Shown: in pieces, positions 12,447 to 24,800 of the stretch | Layout: each line of letters opens with the position of its first letter | How positions within the stretch are numbered: the stretch's first letter is position 1 | Made by a program: the position numbers and the translations under genes | The notes under the pieces: generated by a model | Databases searched by the model: none | The model's input: only the letters and a program-made list of their open reading frames with translations | What the model was told of the DNA's origin: nothing | NCBI GenBank assembly: GCA_021613535.1 | Contig: CP075492.1 | Span: 2,170,001-2,234,000, forward strand | Reading direction: 5' to 3' | Source: Adineta vaga | Lineage: Eukaryota > Animalia > Rotifera | DNA: 64,000 nucleotides

Positions 12447-14519
12447 CTCTCCGTTACTTTCGTGGGGTCCAGGTGGACCCACTTTGCATTTTTCTAATCC
12501 ATTCTGCGCAATTGTATGCTAATTAGAATTAGTTGTTTTTTGTAATCTCTAGTCTTTGGATGACCTATAATATCTGCATGAGAAATCACATATATATCTT
12601 TTAGAAAAAAAATATAGATATGGGTCCGCTCGGACCCCAGGACACTAATTGTGCTATATATACAATTTTGTGGTTTATTATACCTATTTCGCGTTGTATA
12701 TTGATTAATTTTTAGAATAAGTAAACTATGAGTCGTATATATGTCTATCTCTTGTATCAGTGACTAATATTTTCTTGATTTTGTGATACGATTTTATTTT
12801 TTCTCGATAAAAAGCAATTTTATGTAATAGAATATTTTTGTTAGTTCGTATCAGTCCTCTAATGTCCCTACGATCATGATAATATAAAAGTCTACAAATA
12901 TACAACTGATATACTATTATTTTTGCGACACGATATAGTTCAACGTATTGAAATACACTTGTATTGAAAGTCTCTATTCGATTATACTAGTGTATTTCTA
13001 CTGATATTATATCGCATGTTATTGAAACGTGTCCGACGAATTTATCCTTTCTAACATATATTTATGGATTTATCCTTTGTTATGATTTTACCATATATGT
13101 TTTCTTTCGTCTTTTTTCCTTTCTGTTCTTCCTCTCTATGTCTGTTTTTACCTCTTTGTTTCTGCTTTTTATCATAGATTAAACTTTTCACTCACAAATT
13201 CGACAAGATTTATACACAACATGAATGATACACAAAAATCAAATCTAAAACGAATTAGGGATCTTTTGCTTTATGATGAAAACGAAAACGATTACATTAC
13301 TAGTCAAGATTCCGATTCAGACAGTGATTATGATTATGTTCCTGTTGAATCAGATGATACATCTGCAAGTGAACATGTTTCACAAGAATCTGCAGCATCA
13401 AATGATGATGATGATGATCAAGCCAATGTTTATACAGTTGATCAACCGGAAAAATTAGAAAAAGCCGGCATCACATGGTCAATTCATACAAATCCAACAA
13501 AAGGACGAATACCAGCTTATAATATAATGAAAAAGAAATCTGGCTCGATCACTAATGTACAAACGATTCTAAATTCATTTAAGCTATTCTTGACTGATGA
13601 AATACTTGATGAGATTGTTATACAGACGAATTATTATGCTGAGCAATGTTTTGATCAAAATAAAAAGTTAAAGGCAGAATCTCATTCTTCAACACTCAAA
13701 TCAAGTAAATGGAAATCGTTAGATCGTGTCGAATTAGAATCATTCATTGGATTGTTAATACGCTCCGGCGTACATCGAAGCAACCATGAGTCTCTGAGTG
13801 AATTATGGGACATCAGTCAAAGTTGCCCACTATACCGTGCAACAATGTCCCTACAACGTTTTCGACAGTTGCTACAATTCATCCGATTCGATAATCGTCA
13901 TACTCAAGATAAAACCGATCGTTTGTCGTCGATCAGACATGTGTTTGAACTTTTCGTGAAGCAACTTCCCAAACATTTTATACCTGGTGAAAATTTAACA
14001 GTAGATGTGCAGTTGGTACCATTTCGAGGTCGTTGCTGTTTCGTACAATATATTCCTAATAAGCCGGCGAATTATGGTCTTAAATTTTGGTTATTATGTG
14101 ATGTGGACAGCCGCTACGTGTTGTCTATCGACCTTTATACTGGAAAAAAAAACAACACTATTCAAAAGAATCTTGCAACTAATGTTGTACTTCATTTGAT
14201 TGATCAATTACCAGATAATGTAAAACAGGGTCGTACTGTTACATATGATCGTTATTTTACAGATATCAAATTATCTGAAGCTTTATTAGATCGAAAAATG
14301 ACATCTATTGGTGTCGTCGATTATCGACGTGCATTTTTACCTAATGAATTAAAAGTATGCCGGAAAGATTTATTTTCATCATGGTTTTATTTTTCAAATT
14401 CTCATATGCTTTTATCATACCAAGCAAAGGAAAAGAAAAAGCCAATCATACTTCTATCTTCTTTACATACATGTGCTGAAACATTTGATGATGATAAACC
14501 TAGTGGGATAGGGCAAACT

Positions 14520-14709
14520 TGAAGTGGAAAAGTACAGCAAAGTACAAAAGTAGTTCAAAGTATTCGGAAGTAGCTCCAAGTATAGGAAAGTAGCTCAAAG
14601 TAGCGCAAAGTACTTGGAAGTACGACGAAGTACTTCAAATTACAGCAAAATTACGTCCAAGTACTTCAAAATTACGCGAAAGTACTTTAAAGTAGCATCA
14701 AGTACTTAA
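14520..14709 (+). repeat. Left subterminal array of about 11-bp AA(G/T)TA(C/G)nnn units
   Basis: About 18 units such as AAGTACTT, AAGTAGCT and AATTACGT. Confidence 0.9.
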
Positions 14710-14840
14710 TATGTATTTTGATATCTAGATTCACATGGAAACAAAATTAAATGACATGGGAAAAATTTAAAAGATTGCTTTATTCACTTCAAAATGAGAA
14801 TAATCTCGAGCAAAACATTAAAAATAGAGGAATAAATTTG

Positions 14841-17580
14841 CTAATTGTTAGTAGATGTCTGTTGCATGACACGGGATAAACGATCACTTGATAATTTGGT
14901 TATCTGGTTCGATTGCATCCAGCATGCCGATTGTTTGTGAAGATATTTAATGTTGTTATTGATTTTGACCTTGAAATATGACTCTCTTAAGGCTGGATTA
15001 ATATCATCCACTATTCTTATTCCATTAAAATCAGATTTTGTTGAATTTAATATATCAACATCATCATCATCATCAATTAGAGTATCGTTTTGAAGATCAA
15101 ATAGAGCTTCATTAGTAGATTGATCTAGTGGATCATTTATAAGATCATTATCATCATTTTCTTCATCCAATCCAAACTCTTCATCGATATTATTTTCTGA
15201 TCGGAAAGAATAATTAATCATTCTTGAATTTTTCTGCAGTAAATCAAAGATATAGCAACTCAAATCATCCAAAGAATTTATCTTATATTGCGTTAACGTA
15301 TCTAACATTTTTGAATGTTTAACAAGATCAATTGCTTGATTATATGCAGCTAATATTAATTGTTGAACATCTAATGTATCAATATCGTTCAATTGATGTA
15401 ATGATGCTAAAGAATGTTCACGTCTTTGTTTGTGATGCACAGGAAAGGATAAATCTTTTTCTGTTGCATTATATTTCAATTGATTTAGTATTGATAGTTT
15501 TTGTGAACGTCGAATAAAATCTTTTACAGTAAAGTTAACTATTGTTGACGACATACTGCTTAACGATCTTGCATCTCTAAATAATGATTCACAGGGTTGT
15601 GAACTGAATAAATGTATATTGATTAATGCTTGTTTTGGCAATTGTTGTTGTTTTACCAGTAGAACCATATATGGCAAATGATGTGCATTTAGTTCAACAG
15701 ACATGTATGCTGGTCTAGTAATAAAATACTCATTAATTTTATTTTTTCTTTCGTTTGTTGTTTGGCTGGTTCTTGATGGCTTTAAATTCGATGAATTTGC
15801 TAGCGAGTACCACCATAATCGACAAACAAACACAACACACCATGCTGATTTAACACCTAAATACATACAAATTGACAAGGATTAATAAGTTTGAGTTTTT
15901 TTATTTTCAAACTCTAAAAATGAACTCACGTTCTTGAATACTTGTTGATTTATCAATATATGCTTTTACTATCATTTTTAGCAATGTTAAATAAACAACT
16001 GTTCCATTTGAATCGACATCGTTCTTAAGCAGATTTATTACATCGTCTGATATTAATTTAATGCATGAACTATAATTTTGACGATCTTTCGGATTAATAT
16101 CACTCATCGTCAAACCATGATCAATTTTTGTGTAATTATCATTATTGATCAATCGCTTCAAATGTCCCATACTAATTTTATCATTACCAAAACATAAATT
16201 CGCTGTTGATGATAACAATCTATTTCTCCATTTCGTTACAAGATGAACTGGATCTTGAAAAAATAAGAAAAGTTGATTTTTGTTAAGAAAAAACCATGTC
16301 CAATCATCTGGTATGTCTATTTGAAATACATGTTGATGCTTGTCTAATTTGAAATTTGGTAACGATGCAAAGAAATTACTTGCAAGTCGCATAGCACTGA
16401 CATATTTATTATCTGCATCTATTCACAATATACATATATTTTAGAAAAAGATAGACAAGATAAACTTTACCCGTTGAGAAGCCTATAATACGCACGCCTT
16501 TAGCTAAACAGTTTTCAAATATATACATCCATCGTCGTAAAATATCCATAGTGGTAAACTTATTATCAACACCGTAGGCAGATAATAAAAATGGCTTTGG
16601 AAAATTTATTGGATCATTATCTGTTGATATACTTTGGAACATATGTACATTCAATAATCGTGCTGTTTCATTTGTATCATAGATCGCTTTTAAATCCTCA
16701 TATGTATCAGCCTGATAATATTTCGTTAATGGAATACCATCAACAATTCGTGTTGAAAAACCGATAAACGAGTTTGTTGACGAATCATATTCGACTTTAG
16801 GAATGACACCTGTAGTGTCTTCAGAGCAGAACCCAAAACCTGATTGAAACTGTCGAAGTGAATCGAATCTAAATTCTGCTTCATTTAAAGTCATATTTGA
16901 TTTGCTTATTAAATCACTGATTATTGATAGATGTGGTATAGCACCAGGCATATTTAAACGAACAAACTCATAACATTGTTTACCACCAAGGATATATAAA
17001 CACATTGCGAACTTTTTTACGGATTCGGAATATCTGAAATGATTTGAAGGTTTTGCAAGATTAAATACTAAATTATCGACGAATGACATCAAAAATTTAT
17101 CTGTCATATTGTTATCTTGTAATTCATTTAGCTGATACCATTTAATTAACGATTTTAAAAGTGGATGTTTGTCAATAAAACTATCAGTTACATATTTGCT
17201 TTGATTTTCATTATTATCATTCAATGTTACTTTTTCTTCTTCTTCTTGTTTTAATTTTTGTTTTAGTATTCTGATTAAATATGATAAATCAGTTTGAATA
17301 CCAGGTTTAACAATATATAAACCACTTTTAGATTTAAAACAAGATTCAGCTTTAATAATATCTGTTTCTGTTGATTTAATTTGAAAAAAGGCGAACACAT
17401 CAGGCGTAGCTAATAGTTTTCTCGCCGAATTGATTAATTGTATTTTTAAAATATGGCATAAAGAATCACCTGTTAGTGATTTGACAATTGAAAAAAATCA
17501 TCATCTACACGTGAAAAAACATCATTTGGTAGAACTGATGCATCAATAAATGAATCATTATTGAATAAGTTCGACTTCAT
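14841..17580 (-). CDS. P-element-like DDE transposase without a THAP domain (introns 16419-16470 and 15857-15929; 1-nt frameshift in a T-run near 17491-17497)
   Basis: Spliced motifs CSEDTTG, GFSTDAD, FQDPVHLVTKWRN (D(2)H), DRQN and SSQPCESLFRDAR (catalytic E), as in P-superfamily transposases. ATG at 17580. Confidence 0.85.
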
Positions 17581-18698
17581 TTCGTACAATAAGCTTCTGT
17601 GAATACCTAAAACATTTACCACAATGGATATAAGAATGAAAAGATTTCAGAGAAAAACATTACTATTGAAAAAATTAAGATGTGATTGTAATTATTTTTT
17701 TTGTTCAATTATTTTTAAACAGTTTTTTAATAATTATATTGAGATAGTGATAGAATCAACTCGAGTTTGATTAGAAAATTAATCTGAAAGCAGATTATAA
17801 TATTTAATATTAAAAAAATTATATCAGTGAATCGTTCGACAATCCAAAAGAAGAGATGATCAAGAATAGCTGTTATTCGATGAATACTGCTATGTATTTA
17901 GTAAAACAAGAAAATAAAATTATTAAATACATCTGAATATATTGTTCAACTCTTCATTTATTTTTATTTTCAAAAAATATGTTTTTTTTATAAGATAATA
18001 AATAAGTAAAAAACGATATTGAATGAGTATCCATATGTGAAAGTAACATAAGTGAAAAGTTGATAGAACATGAGAACAACAACAAAATGATGAAAATATG
18101 TATCAACCAAATATGTTTCAAGAAATTTTTTTATTAAAAATACTAGTTTAATAGAAAAATAAAAATTGATGTTTGTAAATAAGTATTAGAGGAGTTATCT
18201 CAAACCGCGTTAATAACAATAAGTTGAATGTTTATACGACTACATTGAAGAAGCATTCCTGATGAAAATACGCTTCATAACATAAGAATAATGTACACCA
18301 AACTTTAGCTGCATTATAATATACTCGACAAAACTATTCCCAAATTTTTAATTGTTGAAAAAAAAATAATCTCTAATCTATTAATATAGTTGAAAAGAAT
18401 TCATTGATGATCACTAAATTCCTTCGTACTAAATTTGTTTTGCAGATGTCACTGCTTCATGAAAACAACTAGAAATTCACTCTGAAGTAAAAAAATGTAA
18501 ATAAACTAGTCAACCGTGGTTGGTTAATTGTATTAAGCAATCGATCGTTTTATCTTTGTTGGCTTAATTTAAACAATTCAGATACTGTTAGATCATTTGT
18601 GTGTAGTTATATTTTCAAAAAGTATTTTCAATGTTCAAATATTAATTGTTGAATTTACTTATGTTTTTCTTGAAATTTAATTTTAGAAGATTTTCGAT

Positions 18699-19664
18699 AT
18701 GCCGACGTCTTATGATTTCGATTATTTACCAGAAAATGTATTAGCATTATCCGGTTATGATTTCTTTCAATTTATAAAGTCTACTTTAGGAGAACCAGAA
18801 GCTAATCTATTACAAAAGATATCTGTCAAAACAACATCGTCTTTATTACTTACTGAAAATCCATTTGATATTTTTAATTGCGATATAGATGATGACGAAT
18901 TGACCACATTAAAGAATCAATTATCGTTCAAATTAAAAAATGATAAATATATGATCAAACCTGGTGTTATTGCAGGCTTTCGCTCGCTAAATGATGCTTT
19001 AAAAAGACGAGTTGATGAACAAGCAACAAAATCTAAAAGAAAAAAAAAACAACAATCACAACAATTATCTCATACAAACTCATCATTTATATGTTCATTA
19101 CCGTCGACATCACCACCATCAGCACCAACACAATCAGTACCTCATCGATTTTCATTAGCTGAACATAGAGCACATATTGTTAAATTAATAGAAAAATGGT
19201 GCTCAGATAATAAAGAAAACTTTGGTTTAGAAATTTTCACTTTAGAAGAAGATGTTGATTTTAATTTATTTATTGATTCAGATGGAGATGCTGATGTAAA
19301 AGCAAATATTAAATGTAAATGTAATAAATTAATTTCATTAGGCAAAAATGATAATAGAATTCAAGTATCTAATTATTATAAGCATTTGCAGTCAAATGGT
19401 TGTGATTATATGAAAAATATTAAAAAAGCTGCAAAAGATGCACAATTAGAACAACAGCAGCAGCAATCATCATCATGTATTATATTGTCGTCACATTTAT
19501 CAAATGCACCAGTAATACAAGATGATGTTTCACCGCTTACAACACAAGCAACGGCTAATACTGATTCTAAAACATTAACAAATCAACATTCATCCGGTGG
19601 TGGTAAACGTCGTTTAGCATCACAATCGCAAAAAGATATTTCGACAAAAAGACGTCGGACATGA
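18699..19664 (+). CDS. Accessory protein of the P-like element (N-terminal domain paralogous to the transposase N-terminus; CxC..H..C zinc-finger-like motif; basic C-terminal NLS)
   Basis: Intact 321-aa ORF inside the TSD-bounded element, preceded by a TTTTAG acceptor. Motifs CKCNKLISLG...YYKHLQSNGC and TKRRRT. Confidence 0.85.
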   Translation: MPTSYDFDYLPENVLALSGYDFFQFIKSTLGEPEANLLQKISVKTTSSLLLTENPFDIFNCDIDDDELTTLKNQLSFKLKNDKYMIKPGVIAGFRSLNDALKRRVDEQATKSKRKKKQQSQQLSHTNSSFICSLPSTSPPSAPTQSVPHRFSLAEHRAHIVKLIEKWCSDNKENFGLEIFTLEEDVDFNLFIDSDGDADVKANIKCKCNKLISLGKNDNRIQVSNYYKHLQSNGCDYMKNIKKAAKDAQLEQQQQQSSSCIILSSHLSNAPVIQDDVSPLTTQATANTDSKTLTNQHSSGGGKRRLASQSQKDISTKRRRT

Positions 19665-19894
19665 ATTTTCTTCTCTTTTTAATTCGTACTTTAATTCACA
19701 TGTGATCACTGTTTTATTCGTTTTTTAAATAAACCATGGAAATGGAAATACTTCTGAAATAATACCGTTTCTGTCACTTTTTCTCACATATATTTTATTG
19801 TTCATATCATATTATGGATTGCCAAAAACAAGATAATCATTATCTGTTATCCACAATTAATATTTACAGTCATATTGAGCCATTTTAGATGCGT

Positions 19895-20070
19895 AAGTAC
19901 TTCAAAGTATCGAAAGTACTTGAAGTAGCGTAAAGTAGCTTAAAGTAGGTACAAGTAATGAAAAGTAGCTCAAAGTACTTTAAAAGTCCTGTGAAGTAGT
20001 TAAAAATAGCCTGAAGTACTTTAAAATTACGTCAAAGTACTTCAAAGTAGCATAAAGTACTTCAAGTACA
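19895..20070 (+). repeat. Right subterminal array of about 11-bp AAGTA units
   Basis: About 17 units, on the same strand as the left array. Confidence 0.9.
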
Positions 20071-20499
20071 AAAGTCTGCTCTTCCCCCCTTGTGATAAAC
20101 ACTTACCATGCGCAATTCATGATTATAATCAAACAAAATTTGGTGTCGATATTGTAGACCAATGTGTTGGAACTTATACAATACGTCGAATTACTCGAAG
20201 ATGGCCGTTGATGGTTTTTTACAACATGATCGATATAGCCGCAATTAATAGTATGACTATTTGGTTGTCTCAGAATCCTGAATGGAACAGAAGAAAAACA
20301 AATACTCGTCGCATATACTTATCACATCTCAGTACCGCTTTAACTGCATCACACAATCAACGTCGTAGTCAAATATCTCGTCTGATGCCGAAAGTCAAAC
20401 TTGCACTTTTGTCTCTAGGTTATCAAGTTCCATCAGGTTCTATCAATGATCTCGGTGTGAATACTCATTCAAATCGTACTAAGCGCAGATGTTATCTAT

Positions 20500-20722
20500 T
20501 GTGACGAGAACAATATCATTCTATCGGTCATATTACCGTTTGACTTCTCGGTTCATTCTTTCGTTCTTATCTTCGCTTCATTGGTCTGTATGTACATTTC
20601 TCTTCCTCTCTCTATATAAGCGTGTGTCTTATTGTGAAGTAGGGACATTCTGGTCATGTAGAGTAGTCAATAAACATCATACCGTGAGAGGCGGTTAGCT
20701 ACTCAACCAGTTTGTCATTACA
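20500..20722 (+). mobile_element. Solo LTR (223 bp)
   Basis: TGT...ACA termini; 5-bp TSD TCTAT (20495-20499, 20723-20727); TATATAA at 20613-20619 and AATAAA at 20669-20674. It splits the piggyBac CYLC codons. Confidence 0.88.
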
Positions 20723-21822
20723 TCTATGTCCAGCAAAACCTGGTCGAAAAGTTCGACAAACATGCAACAATTGTGAAGAAAACGTTTGTCTTTCGCACTC
20801 CAATAGCGTCACAATTGTCACTTGTCGTACATGTGAGAAAAAGAATTAAAGGAAAATTAGGAACTTCTCAGAGCTAATCAAATATAAAGAAATTTATTGC
20901 TCTGATTAGATGTCTTCATCTTTCCACTTGTTTTACGTTTAATAAAAGAAGAAGAAAAGATAAATATAAAAACTAACGTACTATTCTTTTAACGAAAATC
21001 CCACAAGCTAATACATGAGGAATACCCACTATATAGAGAAGAAGACTTCGAGAAATAATACACGTCTACATACAATAAAAAGTATGATTTTCTAAGTTTT
21101 TAATGAGTGGGTCCACCTGGACCCCAGCATACTGTTGAAGTCATAAAATGAGGACGGTAACGGAGAGTTAATAAATAATAGTAAATATGAAATTGTTTTC
21201 CATGTTTATATTAGATGTTTTCGTTTGGTAAAAACCAAATGAGTGTAAAACTATAATTTCGTTGGACATGCTTATCATTCGCGTACTTAAGATAACATAT
21301 TATATATCCTCCCAATGTGGTCAACAATCAAAATATGGATGCAATGAAATATTAGTCATAGATTACAATATGGTTACTTTTCATGTATGTAAATAAAAGG
21401 TAACTTTATTTTGTAACATTATACAAAAACGATATGATCGTCACTCAAAAAAAAAATAGCTTAATGAGTCGATTTAGGAATAAGACTTTGATTTTATTTT
21501 TCTGTGTCAATATACTATAAGAAGGAAATACCTTTTTTTTCGTTAATCTCATCAGAAAGCGCAGTCGATGATTGCACAATCTGTTTAAATAGTTTAGTAT
21601 CAAATGCACCGCATTTAACATTATCATGTAATCAAAAATTTCATTTTGATTGTTGTTTTTCAATCGATTAAATATATTCTTTTACTCATTTATTTGCAAT
21701 TGAATATTTTCCTTATAATCATGGCGGTACTATCATTCTGTAAAAATGACAGCATCAAGAAGAAGGCAACGAAGAGAAAGAGAAGCGAGCAAACTAACAA
21801 AAAAAAAACAATTTTCTTAAGA

Positions 21823-24800
21823 TTATTGAGGTGTACGAAATTTTTTAAAGATTTTTTCGATGACTGCATTGAATTCTGTCTTGTATGTTTTTGATGGTAA
21901 TACAAAAACAACAAATATTGACATTGATGGAACGAATGAAAGGAAATAACCAATTAAAAACAACCAAGGTTGCTGTGTTGATCTCATACAAGTACGTGTG
22001 AATGAAATGATCAAACGAGGTAAACTTAATAATATTAATATCAAAGGTGAATATAAAAGATGTTGATGTTGTTGAATTTGATGTTTTAAATGATGTTGTA
22101 CTGTCTGACCACGTTCCACACCACGTCGTCTATAAGCTAATTGAATAATCATCCAAAGAGAAGAAATGATATTAATAGAGAAAGGTGTAAGAAAATGAAA
22201 AAGAATAATAAATGAATTGTAGTTTTCAATCAAAGATGAATATCGAACAAAACACCAAATTCGATGTTCATCAATATCAAAATCATCAATCAATTGACGA
22301 TGAGGTGGTTCATGAATATGTGTCAATGTTACTAAAATGAATACAATCAGGATAATTCGTTTAGAAAACTTAACACTTTTCTTTCTTTGAAAACGCGTAG
22401 CCATAATAACACTAAACATTCTTTCAATCGACACACAGCAATTACACCATTCACTTGATGCAAGAAGAATTCGAAGAAGAACATCGATTGTAATACAATT
22501 AAAATAAAGTAAAGATTGATTCGTTATGAAAGATGTTTGAGATAAGATTAATAACCAAAATTTATATGTTAATGTAATTATTGTAAAGATTGAAAAAATC
22601 GATGAAAACAAAAGATAATAACCACTTCCCATTTGTTTAACTTTAATTCGACGAAATGTAACAAATGCTAATAAACCATTGATTATTCCAATAAGTAACA
22701 GAATCGTACTAATAACAATACTTATTTTAACGACTAATGATTGTTCAGTCAACGAAATCTTTGGTTTAATATGATAAGCAAGGATTGTATCGAGTGAAAA
22801 GATAAAACCTCTAGTTGAAAATTGACATTTACCACCATAATAACAATCCCGACAGATACAAGTTAATTTGGTTGGACATGTTGCATTATTTTGAAAACAT
22901 TGACCTTGATTTTCACAATAATTATAACCTGGACAATCATTATTGATTGTATGATTAAATAGAAAACAATTAGCAAATCGATCTTGATCACATAAACACA
23001 TCTGTTCGTGATCATGAAAACATTCTAATTCAAGATTCTTTCGACATAATAATGGATAATATTTCACTCGTCGTAAATATTCATATTGTTGAAAAGTTTC
23101 ATTCAGAATAAGTTGATCGATTGAAAAACAACGTTTTTTCAATTGTATTTCCGTACGGATATGTTCCGAAGGATGAAATACTTCTCGAAGTATTGTTAAA
23201 TAATAATATTTATTTGGTATTTGTACGAAAAGTATATGAAATGATTTTGTATTATAAACTGTTAAAATCTTTTGATTAAAAGAAATTTTTCTCAATAAAG
23301 TCCGTCGCTCATGTTCTCCATGATTAAACGATGTGATGAAATGTATTAATACTAATGATGTAATTGATCGTATTTCTTCATTTAGATATATATCGATACG
23401 AGTATTTTCAATTTCACATCGTTTTCCCGAATAATCTTCTGGACAGAAACAAGTAAATTCTGTTAAACTAATTCGATCATCAACTGGAATACAAACTCCA
23501 TTATGTTCACATGAATTATTCGTTTTTGTTTGACAACTCGAATGTTTTAAATGACAATACGAACCAAATTTATTCAACGGACAGATACATATAGTTGAGG
23601 TTAAACAGAATGAATCATCTGCACAATGACATTGATGTTTAATATTACAATCAGTACTAGAATATCCATCATTGCATAAACAAAAACTCAATGATTTGTT
23701 ATTGATATAATTCATACATTTACCATGTTCGCCACATGAGAGAGTACATGACTCGTGATTCGGTAGTTCGGGAATTCGTATTTGAGTAGCAATTCGATTA
23801 ACCGGTAAAAATTGAAAAGGTATAGGTAGATACCAACTTAACCAATAGATTACATTTATTTTTTCATAAATATCAATACGAATTGAATAATTCCTTAATA
23901 TAGATTTTGGTCGATCTGGATAAAGTAAATACAGATTATATTTTGTATTACAATCACGATCGGGCATATAAGTAATTCGTTCATAATATGCTTCAATTTG
24001 TCCGTGTTCATCAATAAGCATGATGATCAGTTCAAATATTGTCATCTGAAATGTCATACTACGCCATACTAATTGGATTGTTAAACTAATGCGTTGATTT
24101 TGCCATTGACATCGAGATCCAAAATAATTTGGTGGACAAAAACATGTTTTTGTTTGATTAGAACCATGTAACACAAGAATACCACGATTACAATAAGAAA
24201 TTGATTCATTATCCATATTCGATGTGAGTCTTGATGTTGAATTTGCTTGAGGTAGAAGTGAATTCGAATGATTTATTGATAATGATGGATAATATCCTAG
24301 TCGAGACGTTTTGAAATAAGGAGGAATAATTCCGCTTAAAGCTGAATGAAATGTACAAAGATATTCGTCATTTGGAATAAGTTTGATGGTTTTTTCAATC
24401 GTTCAATAGAAATTTTCGGATGAATACAGGCAAATGTTTTCTTCGAAGATGATATTTCTAAATAAGAATTCATTCGACAGAGTTTATCGAAATTTAGACA
24501 GTGACTATTATTCCAAGAAAAGTAATCTTTACTAATATCATCTGTTCCATTGTAAAAGTAAACATTACGCTTAATATATGTTTCATTACAAGAATTCAAA
24601 TATTTATCATACATATTGGTTAATGATATACAGTAAAATGATTCAGATTGTTGTACAGAACAATCATGTTTATTGTAAGAACATCTCGAATTCGGACAAT
24701 TAAGTTCATCGATACCATTTGGACAATTCCAGTGTTCATCACAATGTGTGTAGGGATTATCACAAGGCCACCAATGACAATTCGATTCATCTGTATGATT

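Larger units (their letters stand above)
14500..20092. mobile_element. P-superfamily DNA transposon with two divergent genes, nested in the piggyBac
   Basis: 8-bp TSD TGATAAAC (14492-14499, 20093-20100). Imperfect 21-bp TIR (CTAGTGGGATAGGGCAAACTT versus CAAGGGGGGAAGAGCAGACTT, 15/21 identical). Subterminal AAGTA arrays and a P-type transposase. Confidence 0.88.
13221..20849 (+). pseudogene. piggyBac transposase, split (13221-14499, 20101-20499, 20728-20849)
   Basis: DDD motifs LTVDVQLVPFRGR, TYDRYFT and GVDIVDQ. Removing each insert plus one TSD restores DDKHLPCAIHDYNQTKFGVD..RRWP and the Cys-rich domain CYLCPAKPGRKVRQTCNNCEENVCLSH..CRTCEKKN*. Confidence 0.93.
12447..21167 (+). mobile_element. 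piggyBac DNA transposon with two nested insertions
   Basis: TTAA at 12443-12446 and 21168-21171. Perfect 11-bp TIR CTCTCCGTTAC/GTAACGGAGAG. 20-bp subterminal inverted repeat GGGGTCCAGGTGGACCCACT (12464-12483 / 21106-21125) with asymmetric spacers. Confidence 0.95.

Noticed and set aside
14520-14709. AAGTAC arrays as a CRISPR array
   Set aside because: The degenerate units are about 11 bp with no unique spacers or cas genes, and they sit inside transposon ends.
20489-20698. 69-aa ORF
   Set aside because: It lies within the solo LTR and is not coding.
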